This document shows, one piece after another, positions 9,794 through 20,003 of a stretch of DNA of 64,000 nt. Numbering within the stretch: position 1 is the stretch's first letter; the number at the start of each line of letters is the position of its first letter. The stretch is from the sequence record SRR31156797_826. One strand, given 5' to 3'. The translations under genes were made by a program, and so were the position numbers. The notes under the pieces were generated by a model. It saw only the letters and a program-made list of their open reading frames with translations, was not told the origin of the DNA and ran no database searches.

Positions 9794-12346
9794 ATGAAGG
9801 TTTATGAGTTTAATGTAAAAACAAAGCTCCCTGAATCACTTAGCCCACTTGAAGATATCGCGCACAACCTTTGGTACAGTTGGAACTGGGAAGCTCGTGA
9901 GCTTTTCCGTATGATCAATTTCGACCTTTGGGAAGAGTGCGGACACAATCCGGTTTGTGTTTTATCAAAACTTACAGAAGCAGATTTCAGCAGGCTCACG
10001 GCAGACCCTGTTTTTATGAATTTTATGGAAAATGTACACGTAAAACTGAATGAGTACAGAGACCTTCCTAAATGGTTCGACCTTGCGCACAGCGGTAAGA
10101 GGAAGGACGGGATGTGTGTGGCATATTTCAGTGCGGAGTATGGTATACACGAGTCTGTAAAGCTCTATTCGGGCGGTCTTGGTGTTCTCTCAGGAGATCA
10201 TTGTAAATCTGCAAGTGACCTTGGCATACCTTTCATAGCTGTCGGGCTGCTTTATAGAAATGGCTATTTTCATCAATATCTTAACACTGATGGCTGGCAG
10301 CAGCAGTCAGTGCCTTATAATGAATTTCACCGTATGCCGCTTCGTCAGGTTCTCGACGATAACGGCGAGCCGCTTATGGTTCACGTAAAAATCGCTAACA
10401 GAGATGTAGCTGTTAAAGTTTGGGAGATGACCGTTGGTGTTATCCAGCTATATCTGCTCGACACTGACGTAATTACAAACTATTTAGACGATAGAAAGAT
10501 CACTGGTCAGCTTTATGGCGGTGACACAGACATGAGGCTCAAGCAGGAGATAATCCTCGGTATAGCAGGCGCAAGGGCGCTCGTGGCTATGAAGAAAGAG
10601 CCGACTGTTTATCACCTGAACGAAGGACATCCGTCATTTGCTGCACTTGAGCGCATCAGAAAATTCGTGAGCGACGGGATATCACTCAAAAAAGCTGCTG
10701 AGATAGTTAAGAAGTCTACACTCTTCACTACTCACACACCTGTTCCTGCCGGATTTGATATTTTCACACCTGACCAGATAAAACGCTATCTAGGACCTAT
10801 CTTTTCTGAGACAGGTTTTAACATTAATCAGCTTATGGGATTTGGTCGTGAGAATCCATTTGACGAACACGAAGGCTTCGCCATGGCTATCTGTGGTATA
10901 AGGCTTTCAACTTACCGTAACGGTGTGAGTAAGCTCCACGGTGAGGTTTCACGTGAGATGTTCAAAAAACTTTGGAACAACGCTCTGGAGGAGTATGTGC
11001 CTATCGGTCACGTGACGAACGGCGTGCATCTACCTACATTCATAGCTGAAAATTTCAAAACATTATACACACGCTACATGTCAGAGGCGTGGCTGAATAA
11101 GCCTTACGATTTTGACGTTTGGAACGACATAGAGAAAATTCCTGACTCTGCACTCTTCGAAGCGAAGGAGAAGCAGAGAGACAGGCTTGTCATGTTCGCC
11201 AGAGAGAGGCTGAAAAAGCATGTTATCAAAAGCGGCGGTACAGCCAGTGAGATAACAAAAGCTGACGACGTTCTGCGCTCAGATTGCCTTACAATAGGCT
11301 TTGCAAGACGTTTTGCAACATACAAGCGTGGTTACCTCCTCTTCATGGACGAGGCTAGACTCGAAAAAATTCTTAACGACTCTGAGAGACCTGTACAGAT
11401 CCTCATAGCTGGTAAGGCACACCCGAAAGACGACGGCGGTAAAGAGATTATCAAAAAGATTTTTCACATCTGCCGCAAACCTCAATTCAGAGACAAGGTT
11501 GTCTTTATAGAGGACTACGATATCGAAGTTGCCAGACACCTCGCACACGGCGTTGATATATGGCTGAACACACCAAGAAGACCTATGGAAGCTTCCGGTA
11601 CATCAGGTATGAAAATAGCTGCCAACGGCGGTCTTAACTTCTCTATCCTCGATGGTTGGTGGGACGAAGGATATAACGGAGAGACAGGTTTTGCCATCGG
11701 CTCCGGCGAGCTTTATGAGGAAGAAGAATACCAGGACTACATAGAGTCTATGGAGATATACGACAAACTCGAAAATGAGATCGTACCTCTCTTTTATAAC
11801 CGTGACAGAATGGGCATCCCGAGAGAGTGGATGCATATGATGAAGCAGACGGTAAAAGTCTGTGCGTCATTCTTTAATACATCCAGAATGGTTATGGAGT
11901 ACACAGATAAATTCTATATCCCGATCCACGAGCTTTACAAGTCTATCGAAGGCGATAATTTCGCTAAGATTGACACATATATAGACTGGAAAGACGAAGT
12001 TATATCCGGCTGGGACGAAGCTGGCTTCACCTACACTAATATTCAGGCTGATAACCTTGAAATGGGCTCTGAGGTCGTATTTGAAGCGTCTTTTAAGTCG
12101 CCAAAAGTCGGACGTGAGCATCTTGATGTTTTCGCAGTTGTAGACTTTGACGGGGAGAGCGGTGTTCTCAGCGACCCTGAGTTTGTTAAGCTCAATTATG
12201 TGGACGACAACAAAGCTGGTGAGCACTATTATAAAACAAGCTATAAAGTAGAAAATGCCGGTAAGATGAAAGTCGGCTTTGCTATGCTTCCGTCACACGA
12301 GTTTGTGAAGAACATCTTCGAGCTGAACCTTGTTAAATGGGCATAG
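9794..12346 (+). CDS. glgP: Alpha-glucan (glycogen) phosphorylase
   Basis: YSGGLGVLSGD, HLNEGH, FARRFATYKR, EASGTSGMK (PLP lysine). Confidence 0.96.
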   Translation: MKVYEFNVKTKLPESLSPLEDIAHNLWYSWNWEARELFRMINFDLWEECGHNPVCVLSKLTEADFSRLTADPVFMNFMENVHVKLNEYRDLPKWFDLAHSGKRKDGMCVAYFSAEYGIHESVKLYSGGLGVLSGDHCKSASDLGIPFIAVGLLYRNGYFHQYLNTDGWQQQSVPYNEFHRMPLRQVLDDNGEPLMVHVKIANRDVAVKVWEMTVGVIQLYLLDTDVITNYLDDRKITGQLYGGDTDMRLKQEIILGIAGARALVAMKKEPTVYHLNEGHPSFAALERIRKFVSDGISLKKAAEIVKKSTLFTTHTPVPAGFDIFTPDQIKRYLGPIFSETGFNINQLMGFGRENPFDEHEGFAMAICGIRLSTYRNGVSKLHGEVSREMFKKLWNNALEEYVPIGHVTNGVHLPTFIAENFKTLYTRYMSEAWLNKPYDFDVWNDIEKIPDSALFEAKEKQRDRLVMFARERLKKHVIKSGGTASEITKADDVLRSDCLTIGFARRFATYKRGYLLFMDEARLEKILNDSERPVQILIAGKAHPKDDGGKEIIKKIFHICRKPQFRDKVVFIEDYDIEVARHLAHGVDIWLNTPRRPMEASGTSGMKIAANGGLNFSILDGWWDEGYNGETGFAIGSGELYEEEEYQDYIESMEIYDKLENEIVPLFYNRDRMGIPREWMHMMKQTVKVCASFFNTSRMVMEYTDKFYIPIHELYKSIEGDNFAKIDTYIDWKDEVISGWDEAGFTYTNIQADNLEMGSEVVFEASFKSPKVGREHLDVFAVVDFDGESGVLSDPEFVKLNYVDDNKAGEHYYKTSYKVENAGKMKVGFAMLPSHEFVKNIFELNLVKWA

Positions 12347-12369
12347 TGCTATGCCTTAAGGTGTAACCT

Positions 12370-13524
12370 TTGACTAACAGTTCTAATAATAAGATGTACC
12401 TCTTCCTGCTTACCCTTAACATAGCTGCCTTTGTCGGCTTTCAGGGCTGGCGCTCTATGTTTAATAACTTCGCAGTGGAAGTGGGGAATGTGAATGGCTA
12501 TGAGATGGGAGTGATTCAGTCCGTACGGGAGATTCCCGGCTTTCTGGCACTCCTTGTGATCCTTGCTATTATAATGCTTCCTGAGCACAAACTAGGCGCT
12601 GTAAGTATCATAACTCTCGGCGGCGGCGTTGCGCTCACAGGCTTTATGCCGAGCTTTTACGGGCTTATTTTTACTACGCTTGTGATGTCTTTCGGCTTTC
12701 ATTACTATGAGACTGTGAACCAGTCGCTCACCATACAATATTTCGATAAAAAGACTTCACCCATAGTTTTTAGTCGGCTCCGGAGTATCTCTGCGGGCAC
12801 AAATATTATTGTAGGTATTACTGTAATTATTCTTCTTAAGTTCCTGGAGTATAAATACATTTACCTCATCATAGGTTTTGCCGTTGTGATCGCAGGTATC
12901 TACTGCCTAACTCAAGACCCGACAGATCCTGACAAACCTGTTCAGAAGAAAAAGCTCTACCTTAAAAAAGAGTACTGGCTCTATTATGTGCTGACTTTCC
13001 TTGCGGGTGCGAGGAGACAGGTTTTTGTCGCTTTTTCAGTTTTTCTTATGGTTGAAAAGTTCAAATTTTCTGCCACTGAGATTGCGATACTATTTATCGT
13101 TAACAATACAGTAAATTACTTCTTTAACCCATACATAGGCAAGGGGATTAACCGTTTTGGCGAACGAAAGATGCTTAGTGTGGAGTACGGCGTTCTCATA
13201 TTTGTATTCACAGCTTATGCACTTTCCGACAGCAAAATGTTTGTCGCTTTCCTATATATCCTTGACCATATAGTTTTTAATTTCGCTATATCCATCAGAA
13301 CGTTTTATCAGAAGATAGCTGAACCTGAAGATTTTGCTAACGGAATGGCTATGGGCTTTACTATCAACCATATAGCTGCTGTGTTCATCCCTGTTATAGG
13401 CGGTGCTCTCTGGCTTTTAGATTATAGAATCTCATTCTTTTCCGGTGTTGTGCTCGCATTTATATCACTCATTTTTGTCCAGTTTATCGATCGTGAAGTG
13501 AAAAAAGCTGAAACAATCTCATAA
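12370..13524 (+). CDS. MFS transporter
   Basis: About 12 hydrophobic helices, GKGINRFGER loop motif; start uncertain. Confidence 0.85.
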   Translation: MTNSSNNKMYLFLLTLNIAAFVGFQGWRSMFNNFAVEVGNVNGYEMGVIQSVREIPGFLALLVILAIIMLPEHKLGAVSIITLGGGVALTGFMPSFYGLIFTTLVMSFGFHYYETVNQSLTIQYFDKKTSPIVFSRLRSISAGTNIIVGITVIILLKFLEYKYIYLIIGFAVVIAGIYCLTQDPTDPDKPVQKKKLYLKKEYWLYYVLTFLAGARRQVFVAFSVFLMVEKFKFSATEIAILFIVNNTVNYFFNPYIGKGINRFGERKMLSVEYGVLIFVFTAYALSDSKMFVAFLYILDHIVFNFAISIRTFYQKIAEPEDFANGMAMGFTINHIAAVFIPVIGGALWLLDYRISFFSGVVLAFISLIFVQFIDREVKKAETIS

Positions 13525-13593
13525 TTTGTAAACCTTTTACTTGCTTGAAAAAAATACCTTTTGTATCATAAAGAGATAAGGGTGGGTTCTTTT

Positions 13594-14343
13594 ATGGATA
13601 AAATCAGCAAAGGCGTGAAGGTTAAAGCTTACGAAAATGCTCCGGCAGGCGTAGACTGCTTCGTTACAACACGTACTGGCGGCTATAGCACAGCTGAGTT
13701 TTTCAGTATGAATATGGCTGTTTACACTGATGATAACCCTATGACAGTTATAAAAAACAGTGAACTTCTGAAAGAGGCGTTCGGTCTAAGTAACCTGACC
13801 ACACTTTTACAGGTTCATGGCAATATCGTTCACGAAGTCACTGCTGAAAATAGGGCGGATGTCCTTTTCAGCGAGGGTGACGGGCTTTTCACACTTGAGG
13901 AAGATACGGCACTCGGCATATTAACTGCTGACTGCTACAACCTTTTCCTTGTCGGTGTAAAAGGTATTGCCGCTTTGCACTGCGGACATAAATCAGTATC
14001 CTCTGACATCATGTCTAAATGTGTGGAATTATTTGAAAAACATGGTGATTTTCCAGTTTACGCAGGGATTGGACCTGGTATATCGGCTGAAAACTATGAG
14101 GTTGGCAAAGAGCTTGCAGACAAGTTTGCAGAAATTTGTCCATCCTCAGTAAAAGAGATAAACGGCAAGCTGACACTCTGCATCAGAACAGCTATAGAAG
14201 AGAATTTACGTGCTAAAGGCATTGATAATATAGAACATCTTGATGCTTGCTCTTACGGGGATGAGTCATTATATTCATACCGTAGGGACAAAGGCAAGAC
14301 AGGTCGTATGGTAGGAGTAATAGTGAGGCGAAGCGTTGTTTAA
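13594..14343 (+). CDS. pgeF: Peptidoglycan editing factor PgeF / YfiH-family protein
   Basis: TTRTGG, QVHG, GDGLFT, TADC, HCG, GPGI, YSYRR; next to yggS. Confidence 0.9.
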   Translation: MDKISKGVKVKAYENAPAGVDCFVTTRTGGYSTAEFFSMNMAVYTDDNPMTVIKNSELLKEAFGLSNLTTLLQVHGNIVHEVTAENRADVLFSEGDGLFTLEEDTALGILTADCYNLFLVGVKGIAALHCGHKSVSSDIMSKCVELFEKHGDFPVYAGIGPGISAENYEVGKELADKFAEICPSSVKEINGKLTLCIRTAIEENLRAKGIDNIEHLDACSYGDESLYSYRRDKGKTGRMVGVIVRRSVV

Positions 14344-15022
14344 AGAGAGACTGGATAAGATACAAAACGGAATAGAAGAGGCGAAGAGGCGTAGCGGGCA
14401 AACGCAGGAAGTTACACTAGTGGCTGTCAGTAAGCGTTTCCCTATTGAGGATATCAGAGAGATGTATGTCACTACTGGTCACCTCGTTTACGGTGAAAAC
14501 CGTATTCAGGAGGCGGTTGAAAAGGCTGAGCAGCTCAAGGATACACCGATGATACAGCTTCATTTCATAGGTCACATCCAGACTAATAAGGTGAAATACC
14601 TTAAGGATAACTTTGATCTGATCCACTCGGTTGACACAGTAAGGCTCGCAGAGCTTATGCAGAAGCAGTTTGAGAAGATTGACAGGGTTCAGGATGTGCT
14701 GGTACAGGTGAATATCGCTGATGATGCTAATAAGTCCGGCGCTGGTGCTGACGACATTTATGAGCTTTGTGATTTCATTACTGAAAGCCCGAATTTGAAC
14801 CTGCGTGGGCTTATGATGATGCCTCCTCTGGTGGATGATGTAGAGGATAATAGATCATATTTCGCTGGTATGAAAAAACTTTTTGACAAATGTAACGAAA
14901 TAAAAGGATACAATATAGACATTCTGTCCATGGGAATGAGCGGTGATCACCTTATCGCCGTGGAGGAGGGTAGCACTATGGTTCGCATAGGTACAGCTCT
15001 CTTCGGACAGAGACAATACTAA
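14336..15022 (+). CDS. yggS: PLP homeostasis protein YggS
   Basis: LVAVSK, GENRIQE, HFIGHIQTNKVK, LSMGMSGD, VRIGTALFG. Confidence 0.95.
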   Translation: MFKERLDKIQNGIEEAKRRSGQTQEVTLVAVSKRFPIEDIREMYVTTGHLVYGENRIQEAVEKAEQLKDTPMIQLHFIGHIQTNKVKYLKDNFDLIHSVDTVRLAELMQKQFEKIDRVQDVLVQVNIADDANKSGAGADDIYELCDFITESPNLNLRGLMMMPPLVDDVEDNRSYFAGMKKLFDKCNEIKGYNIDILSMGMSGDHLIAVEEGSTMVRIGTALFGQRQY

Positions 15023-15031
15023 GAGGATATT

Positions 15032-15844
15032 ATGGGAATTTTGCAATCGATTATAAAATTTTTACTGGTAGTGCTGATATTCAGATCTGCGATGACAAGG
15101 CAGGAGCTGTACTTTAACCCGCTTGGGAAACTAATAGCTAAGATAACTGACCCGATTCTTGAAAAGGCTTTTAAGATGACAAAGAAGAGCGCTGACAACA
15201 TCTTACCGCTATTCATACTTCTTGCTATGGTTCTTGATTCGCTTGTTGTTTTTATGCTCTCAAGATCAAGCATAATCTATGCTGCTTTTGCCGGTGTGAT
15301 AGATATTCTGGTTTTCCTGATGCTTTTTTATGTTGTGAGTACAATCATGGGCGGTTTCACCGGAAGTGCAAGCATGACCCAATATGCTACTTTCTTTAAA
15401 CGTATTGCATCCTTCTGGGTCAAACTCACCAGAACTTTCATCCCTATTAAAAGCAACGCAGTAATACTTCCGTCTGTGGTGGTTATTTTCGTATTTTTTA
15501 CTCTTGCTACAACAGGGATACTCGTTATAGAGCAGGTGCTTACAAACTCTTTGGATATAGTAGGTGCTCTAAAGGATGCATTTAAGATCGACATCTATTC
15601 ACTTGTCGGTCTGCTGGATATATTCGTGTGGCTGATAATTATCCGTGCTCTTATGAGCTGGGTTAGCCCTGACCCTAGGAACCCAGTGGTTCAGATAATT
15701 CAAGCACTTACAGAGCCTGTTATGGAACCTTTCAGAAAGATTATCCCTAATTTTGGCGGGATTGATCTTAGTCCCATGCTTCTGGTTTTTGTAGTATACT
15801 TCGTAAAGACTATACTAGTGAGGCTCATAGGGATGATTGTTTAA
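15032..15844 (+). CDS. YggT family membrane protein (multi-repeat)
   Basis: C-terminal IRALMSWV.PDPRNP..LTEP..IP..GGIDLSP; earlier NP..ITDP repeat; yggS-yggT synteny. Confidence 0.85.
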   Translation: MGILQSIIKFLLVVLIFRSAMTRQELYFNPLGKLIAKITDPILEKAFKMTKKSADNILPLFILLAMVLDSLVVFMLSRSSIIYAAFAGVIDILVFLMLFYVVSTIMGGFTGSASMTQYATFFKRIASFWVKLTRTFIPIKSNAVILPSVVVIFVFFTLATTGILVIEQVLTNSLDIVGALKDAFKIDIYSLVGLLDIFVWLIIIRALMSWVSPDPRNPVVQIIQALTEPVMEPFRKIIPNFGGIDLSPMLLVFVVYFVKTILVRLIGMIV

Positions 15845-15845
15845 A

Positions 15846-16847
15846 ATGGGAGACTCCAAAACAAAATTCGTCTATATAGGCGGTTTTATGATGTTAGCCA
15901 CTATGCTTTTCGGCACTATTGGCTACGTCACTATCGAAGGTGCTTCGTGGATTGATTCGCTGTATATGACAGTGATCACCATATCCACTGTCGGTTTCGG
16001 TGAGGTTATTCCTCTCTCGCAATCGGGCAAGCTCTTCACAATTATACTTATTATTATGGGAACTGGTACTCTTGCATATACAGCATCCCAGTTTATAGAT
16101 TATGTCGTGGCGGGTGAGCTGCGGAACATTTTTGGGAGAAAGAGGATGGAAAATAAAATAGAAGCGCTTGAGGATCATTATATATTATGCGGATTCGGAA
16201 GGATGGGGCGTATCATTGCTGATCTGCTCTCTGAGAATAATCTTCCGTTTGTAATTATAGATCCGCAGTCGAGGCAGAGCGAATCGTCTGAGAATAAATA
16301 TCTTTTTGTTACTGGCGACGCTACCCACGAAAATGTCCTTATCAAAGCCGGTGTAATGCGGGCTAAAGGGCTTATCACTGTTGTTGATAAGGATGTTACG
16401 AACCTTTATATAGTTATCACTGTAAAAGGGCTTAATCAGGAGTTATTTGTCGTGTCTAAGTGTGCTCAGGAAGAAGCTTACTCTAAGCTTATGTGGGCAG
16501 GAGCCAACAAGATAGTTTCACCATACACTATCGGAGGTCAGAGCATAGCACAGAGCATTATCAAGCCTCATGTGACTGACTTTATGGATATGGCACTTGG
16601 AAATACAGGTTATCAGATTATGGTTGAGGAGGTTAAAGTAATAGAAAACTGCAAGCTGGACGGAATTAAAATCAAAGACTCTAACATTCGTGACCACGGT
16701 ATAATCATAGTCGCTATTAGCAAAAGGCATAGCGGTTTTGTTTATAATCCAGGAGCGGAAGAGATCCTAAACGCCGGAGATACTCTTATCGCACTCGGTC
16801 GAAAAGAGGACTTTGAATCTCTGACGAACTACTTAGAAAGAGGATAA
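15846..16847 (+). CDS. Potassium channel with RCK (TrkA-N/TrkA-C) domains
   Basis: Selectivity filter TISTVGFG, CGFGRMG Rossmann motif, GDAT. Confidence 0.92.
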   Translation: MGDSKTKFVYIGGFMMLATMLFGTIGYVTIEGASWIDSLYMTVITISTVGFGEVIPLSQSGKLFTIILIIMGTGTLAYTASQFIDYVVAGELRNIFGRKRMENKIEALEDHYILCGFGRMGRIIADLLSENNLPFVIIDPQSRQSESSENKYLFVTGDATHENVLIKAGVMRAKGLITVVDKDVTNLYIVITVKGLNQELFVVSKCAQEEAYSKLMWAGANKIVSPYTIGGQSIAQSIIKPHVTDFMDMALGNTGYQIMVEEVKVIENCKLDGIKIKDSNIRDHGIIIVAISKRHSGFVYNPGAEEILNAGDTLIALGRKEDFESLTNYLERG

Positions 16848-16848
16848 T

Positions 16849-17823
16849 ATGTGGATTTTTAGAATAGTTTACGCCATTTTCATTTTGGTTGCCTTTGTTC
16901 TCGGAAGGGAGCAGATAGGGATCAACATGGAGCAGGCTGTTCTTTATGCAATCGGAGTAGTATTTGCTATCGTCTTTATAGAAACTCTTATTTCCGATAT
17001 TAAAAGCATACGCTTTTTCAGCGGTGCTATCGGAGCTTTAATATTTTTAATTATTGGTTACTCCATTGCCTCTATATTTGCAGCTTACTTCACAAGCGAC
17101 GCTGTCAGGCTGGCTTTTTACTTCTTTGTTTTATACATAGGCGTAATGACCGGTCAGAAGACATCGTGGATTTTCGAAGCACTAATTGCGAAGATTTCGG
17201 TGAAACAGCCTAAATCTCCAAAGTATTCTTCTTCGCCTAAAGTGCTTGATACATCAACACTCATTGACGGACGGATGGCAGATATAGTAGACACAGGCAT
17301 CATCGAGGGTGCGCTTGTCATACCTACTTTTGTACTGAAAGAACTTCAGAATATCGCAGATTCCCACGATCACCTTCGCAGACAGAAGGGGAGAAGGGGG
17401 CTCAGCGTCCTTAAAAGGCTGCAAGAGCAGACAATACTTCCGGTTGATATCAATGATACAGATTTCAGCGATATAGGCACTGTAGACGAAAAGCTGGTCG
17501 CTATCGCCAAGAAGCTTAAGGCGGGAATCATAACAACAGATTTTAACCTGCTCAAAGTTGCCGAGATACAGGACATTCCTGTGCTTAACATCAATACTCT
17601 CGCTATGGCTATGCGCCAGACAGTTCTACCTGGTGAGGATTTCGAAATCAGTGTTGTGAAAGAGGGTAAGGAGCAGAATCAGGGTGTCGGATATCTCGAT
17701 GACGGAACTATGGTTGTCGTTGAAAACGGAAGGAAGCTGATAGGTAAGACTGTTGCTGTATCAGTTACCAGCCTTCTTCAGACAGACTCAGGCCGCATTA
17801 TATTTACGAAGGTAAGACATTGA
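16849..17823 (+). CDS. Membrane PIN/TRAM domain protein (YacL-like)
   Basis: N-terminal TMs, LDTSTLIDGR PIN motif, GKE..QGVGYLDDGTMVVVE TRAM; directly before ispD. Confidence 0.92.
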   Translation: MWIFRIVYAIFILVAFVLGREQIGINMEQAVLYAIGVVFAIVFIETLISDIKSIRFFSGAIGALIFLIIGYSIASIFAAYFTSDAVRLAFYFFVLYIGVMTGQKTSWIFEALIAKISVKQPKSPKYSSSPKVLDTSTLIDGRMADIVDTGIIEGALVIPTFVLKELQNIADSHDHLRRQKGRRGLSVLKRLQEQTILPVDINDTDFSDIGTVDEKLVAIAKKLKAGIITTDFNLLKVAEIQDIPVLNINTLAMAMRQTVLPGEDFEISVVKEGKEQNQGVGYLDDGTMVVVENGRKLIGKTVAVSVTSLLQTDSGRIIFTKVRH

Positions 17824-18497
17824 GTGTAACAGCAGTCATACCCGCTGCCGGAATAGGTAAAAGGTTCGGCAGTGATGTTAAGAAACAGTTTTTTACTATA
17901 TTTGATAATACTGTTTTCTACTATACGCTTATAGCATTAAAACGGGCTTACCCCTTTGATGAATTTATCTTAGGGGCGAGTCCTGATGATTTCGAATATA
18001 TTACTTCTCAGCTTAAAATGGCAGACATAGTAAACTATCGCCTGATAGAAGGTGGTGCAGAACGGTATGAGACTGTCTACAACTGCATAAAAGCTGTTAA
18101 AACCGACACAGTGCTTATACACGATGCTGTACGTCCATTCATATCAAGTGAGCTTGTGCAGTCTGTTATTGAAGCTGGCATCAAAACCGGCGGTGCTATC
18201 TGCGGACTTCCTGTGCGTGATACACTTAAAAAAGTGTCAGATGATTTAGTTGAAAAGACTGTAAACCGTGATGAATATGTTCTGTCACATACACCACAAG
18301 TATTTGATAATAAAACTCTTATTAAAGCTGTTGAAAATGCTGGTGAGTTTGATATACCTATTACGGACGAAGCGCAGGCGATGGAGATGTTCCGTAAAAA
18401 AGTTGCGTGGATTCCATCAAGCCCTGATAATATTAAACTTACATATCTGGAAGATATAGGCATGGCGGAAAGCCTTGTGAAAAAATACTTCTCTTAA
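17820..18497 (+). CDS. ispD: 2-C-methyl-D-erythritol 4-phosphate cytidylyltransferase
   Basis: AAGIGKRF..KKQF, GGAER, IHDAVRP, TPQVF, TDEA, NIKLT. Confidence 0.95.
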   Translation: MSVTAVIPAAGIGKRFGSDVKKQFFTIFDNTVFYYTLIALKRAYPFDEFILGASPDDFEYITSQLKMADIVNYRLIEGGAERYETVYNCIKAVKTDTVLIHDAVRPFISSELVQSVIEAGIKTGGAICGLPVRDTLKKVSDDLVEKTVNRDEYVLSHTPQVFDNKTLIKAVENAGEFDIPITDEAQAMEMFRKKVAWIPSSPDNIKLTYLEDIGMAESLVKKYFS

Positions 18498-19792
18498 TCC
18501 TTGAGCTGCTTCTGAATCTTTCTGTAGTGTATCTGCAGCTTATTTGTGAGTGCATCACAGGTAAAGTACATACCTTTCTTAGTCTTTGTCTCATATACAA
18601 CCTCGTCAGCTCTAACCTGAACGTCCTGAGGTACTAGTGTCTTATGAAGACCGCAGTATTCACAGTCGCCACGTTTACAGATAAATCTGATCGGGAGCAT
18701 ATCACCCGCTACACCCCATATGACAGGTTTTTCACGGCACTCCTCCTGAATCTTAAAAGCGTACTCAAGAAGCTGATATTTAAGCTTAGGGAGGAACAGT
18801 TCACCTATCAGGCGTACAATCTTAGGGTCTGCATAGCCGTGTTTCGCAAGCTCGAACATCGCTTTATGAACCTCTAAGCTCTCAGGGGAAAATTGGTTGT
18901 TGCGAACCACATCAGTGAAAATGTTCACTGTCATTATAAGGTTTTTAAAGAAATTATTACCTGCGTTAGCTTTATGGAAAGTCGGCTCGCCATCTTTAGT
19001 TTTATAAGCATGTCTGTCTCTGATAGCCTCTACTATAGATTCATCTTTATATAAACCTTCAGCGATATCAGCGGATTGTATACATTTAGCTTCGAGCTTA
19101 TCATCCTTTTCAACTGTCCCTGTGAAAACTGCTGAAGACTGCATAAAACACACTGTGGCTACCTTTTTAAGAAAAGTATTAACATCTAAACCTTTTGATC
19201 TGCCGGCGTGCATCATAGCCACAGCAAGGCTGATAAAAGTAGAATTTGTTGTTTTGGTGAACGTATCTTTATTAAAATCCATATTTTTGATCATTTTGAG
19301 CATGTATGTAATACCGTCTATACTGGAAAGCATCTGCCTCATAAAGCCGTCAAACTCATCTCTAGCCTTGATCTCTCCTTTTTCAAGCTTGGAGTAGAAC
19401 CTTTTATATTTCGCCTGAGCAGATATAGTTTTCGCAAGTTCATCACTCACTTTTGCTGTAGCTTTCGACCTGTAGATCATGAGTATCTCATCTGATGAGC
19501 GGATAGAGAAGGAGGTTGTAGTGAAATTAGAGTCGTGGTGATACCTGTCTAGCAGTGTTGTAAGATACTTATCTAGCGGGATATTTTTATTGATGAGTAC
19601 ATGGTTCTTGGCATCTCTAAGCTCTGTGCTTAAAACTGTGTCAGTAGTAAACAGGCTGAGGTCTTTGTTTTGAAGATATTCAATAAAAGCAGCCGTACCC
19701 ATATCGCTCAGTTTGTTACGGAGGTCATCCTCATCCATATCCAAATCAACAGACAGATACTCAAAAATATTATCGTGAGCAATATGGTCCAT
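18494..19792 (-). CDS. Hypothetical protein, degenerate HD-GYP-like with C-terminal Cys motif (paralog A)
   Basis: 432 aa from ATG 19792 (AAGGT RBS); aligns end to end with the neighbour at 20004-21284; fold assignment is inference. Confidence 0.75.
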   Translation of the reverse strand: MDHIAHDNIFEYLSVDLDMDEDDLRNKLSDMGTAAFIEYLQNKDLSLFTTDTVLSTELRDAKNHVLINKNIPLDKYLTTLLDRYHHDSNFTTTSFSIRSSDEILMIYRSKATAKVSDELAKTISAQAKYKRFYSKLEKGEIKARDEFDGFMRQMLSSIDGITYMLKMIKNMDFNKDTFTKTTNSTFISLAVAMMHAGRSKGLDVNTFLKKVATVCFMQSSAVFTGTVEKDDKLEAKCIQSADIAEGLYKDESIVEAIRDRHAYKTKDGEPTFHKANAGNNFFKNLIMTVNIFTDVVRNNQFSPESLEVHKAMFELAKHGYADPKIVRLIGELFLPKLKYQLLEYAFKIQEECREKPVIWGVAGDMLPIRFICKRGDCEYCGLHKTLVPQDVQVRADEVVYETKTKKGMYFTCDALTNKLQIHYRKIQKQLKD

Positions 19793-20003
19793 GTGTTTAC
19801 CTTGTATTTCTATAGTTAAGAATATCTTAAACAATTAAGGAAGTAAACTTAATTTGTTCGTCTTATGGATATAATATGTGCTGAATATACACTATAGCTA
19901 GTGTTTTAGAGAAAAAATACGCAGACAGACGGATATTGGGAGCCGGATATTGAGCCGATATTTTTTGATACGCTTAAATGATAATGAATTTTTAGTTATT
20001 TAC

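Noticed and set aside
16849-17823. PIN-domain toxin of a toxin-antitoxin system
   Set aside because: Membrane-anchored PIN/TRAM protein in the conserved yacL-ispD context, with no antitoxin
19954-19961. Sigma-28 -10 element GCCGATAT
   Set aside because: No TAAA -35 at the right spacing, and it points antisense into the 3' end of a gene
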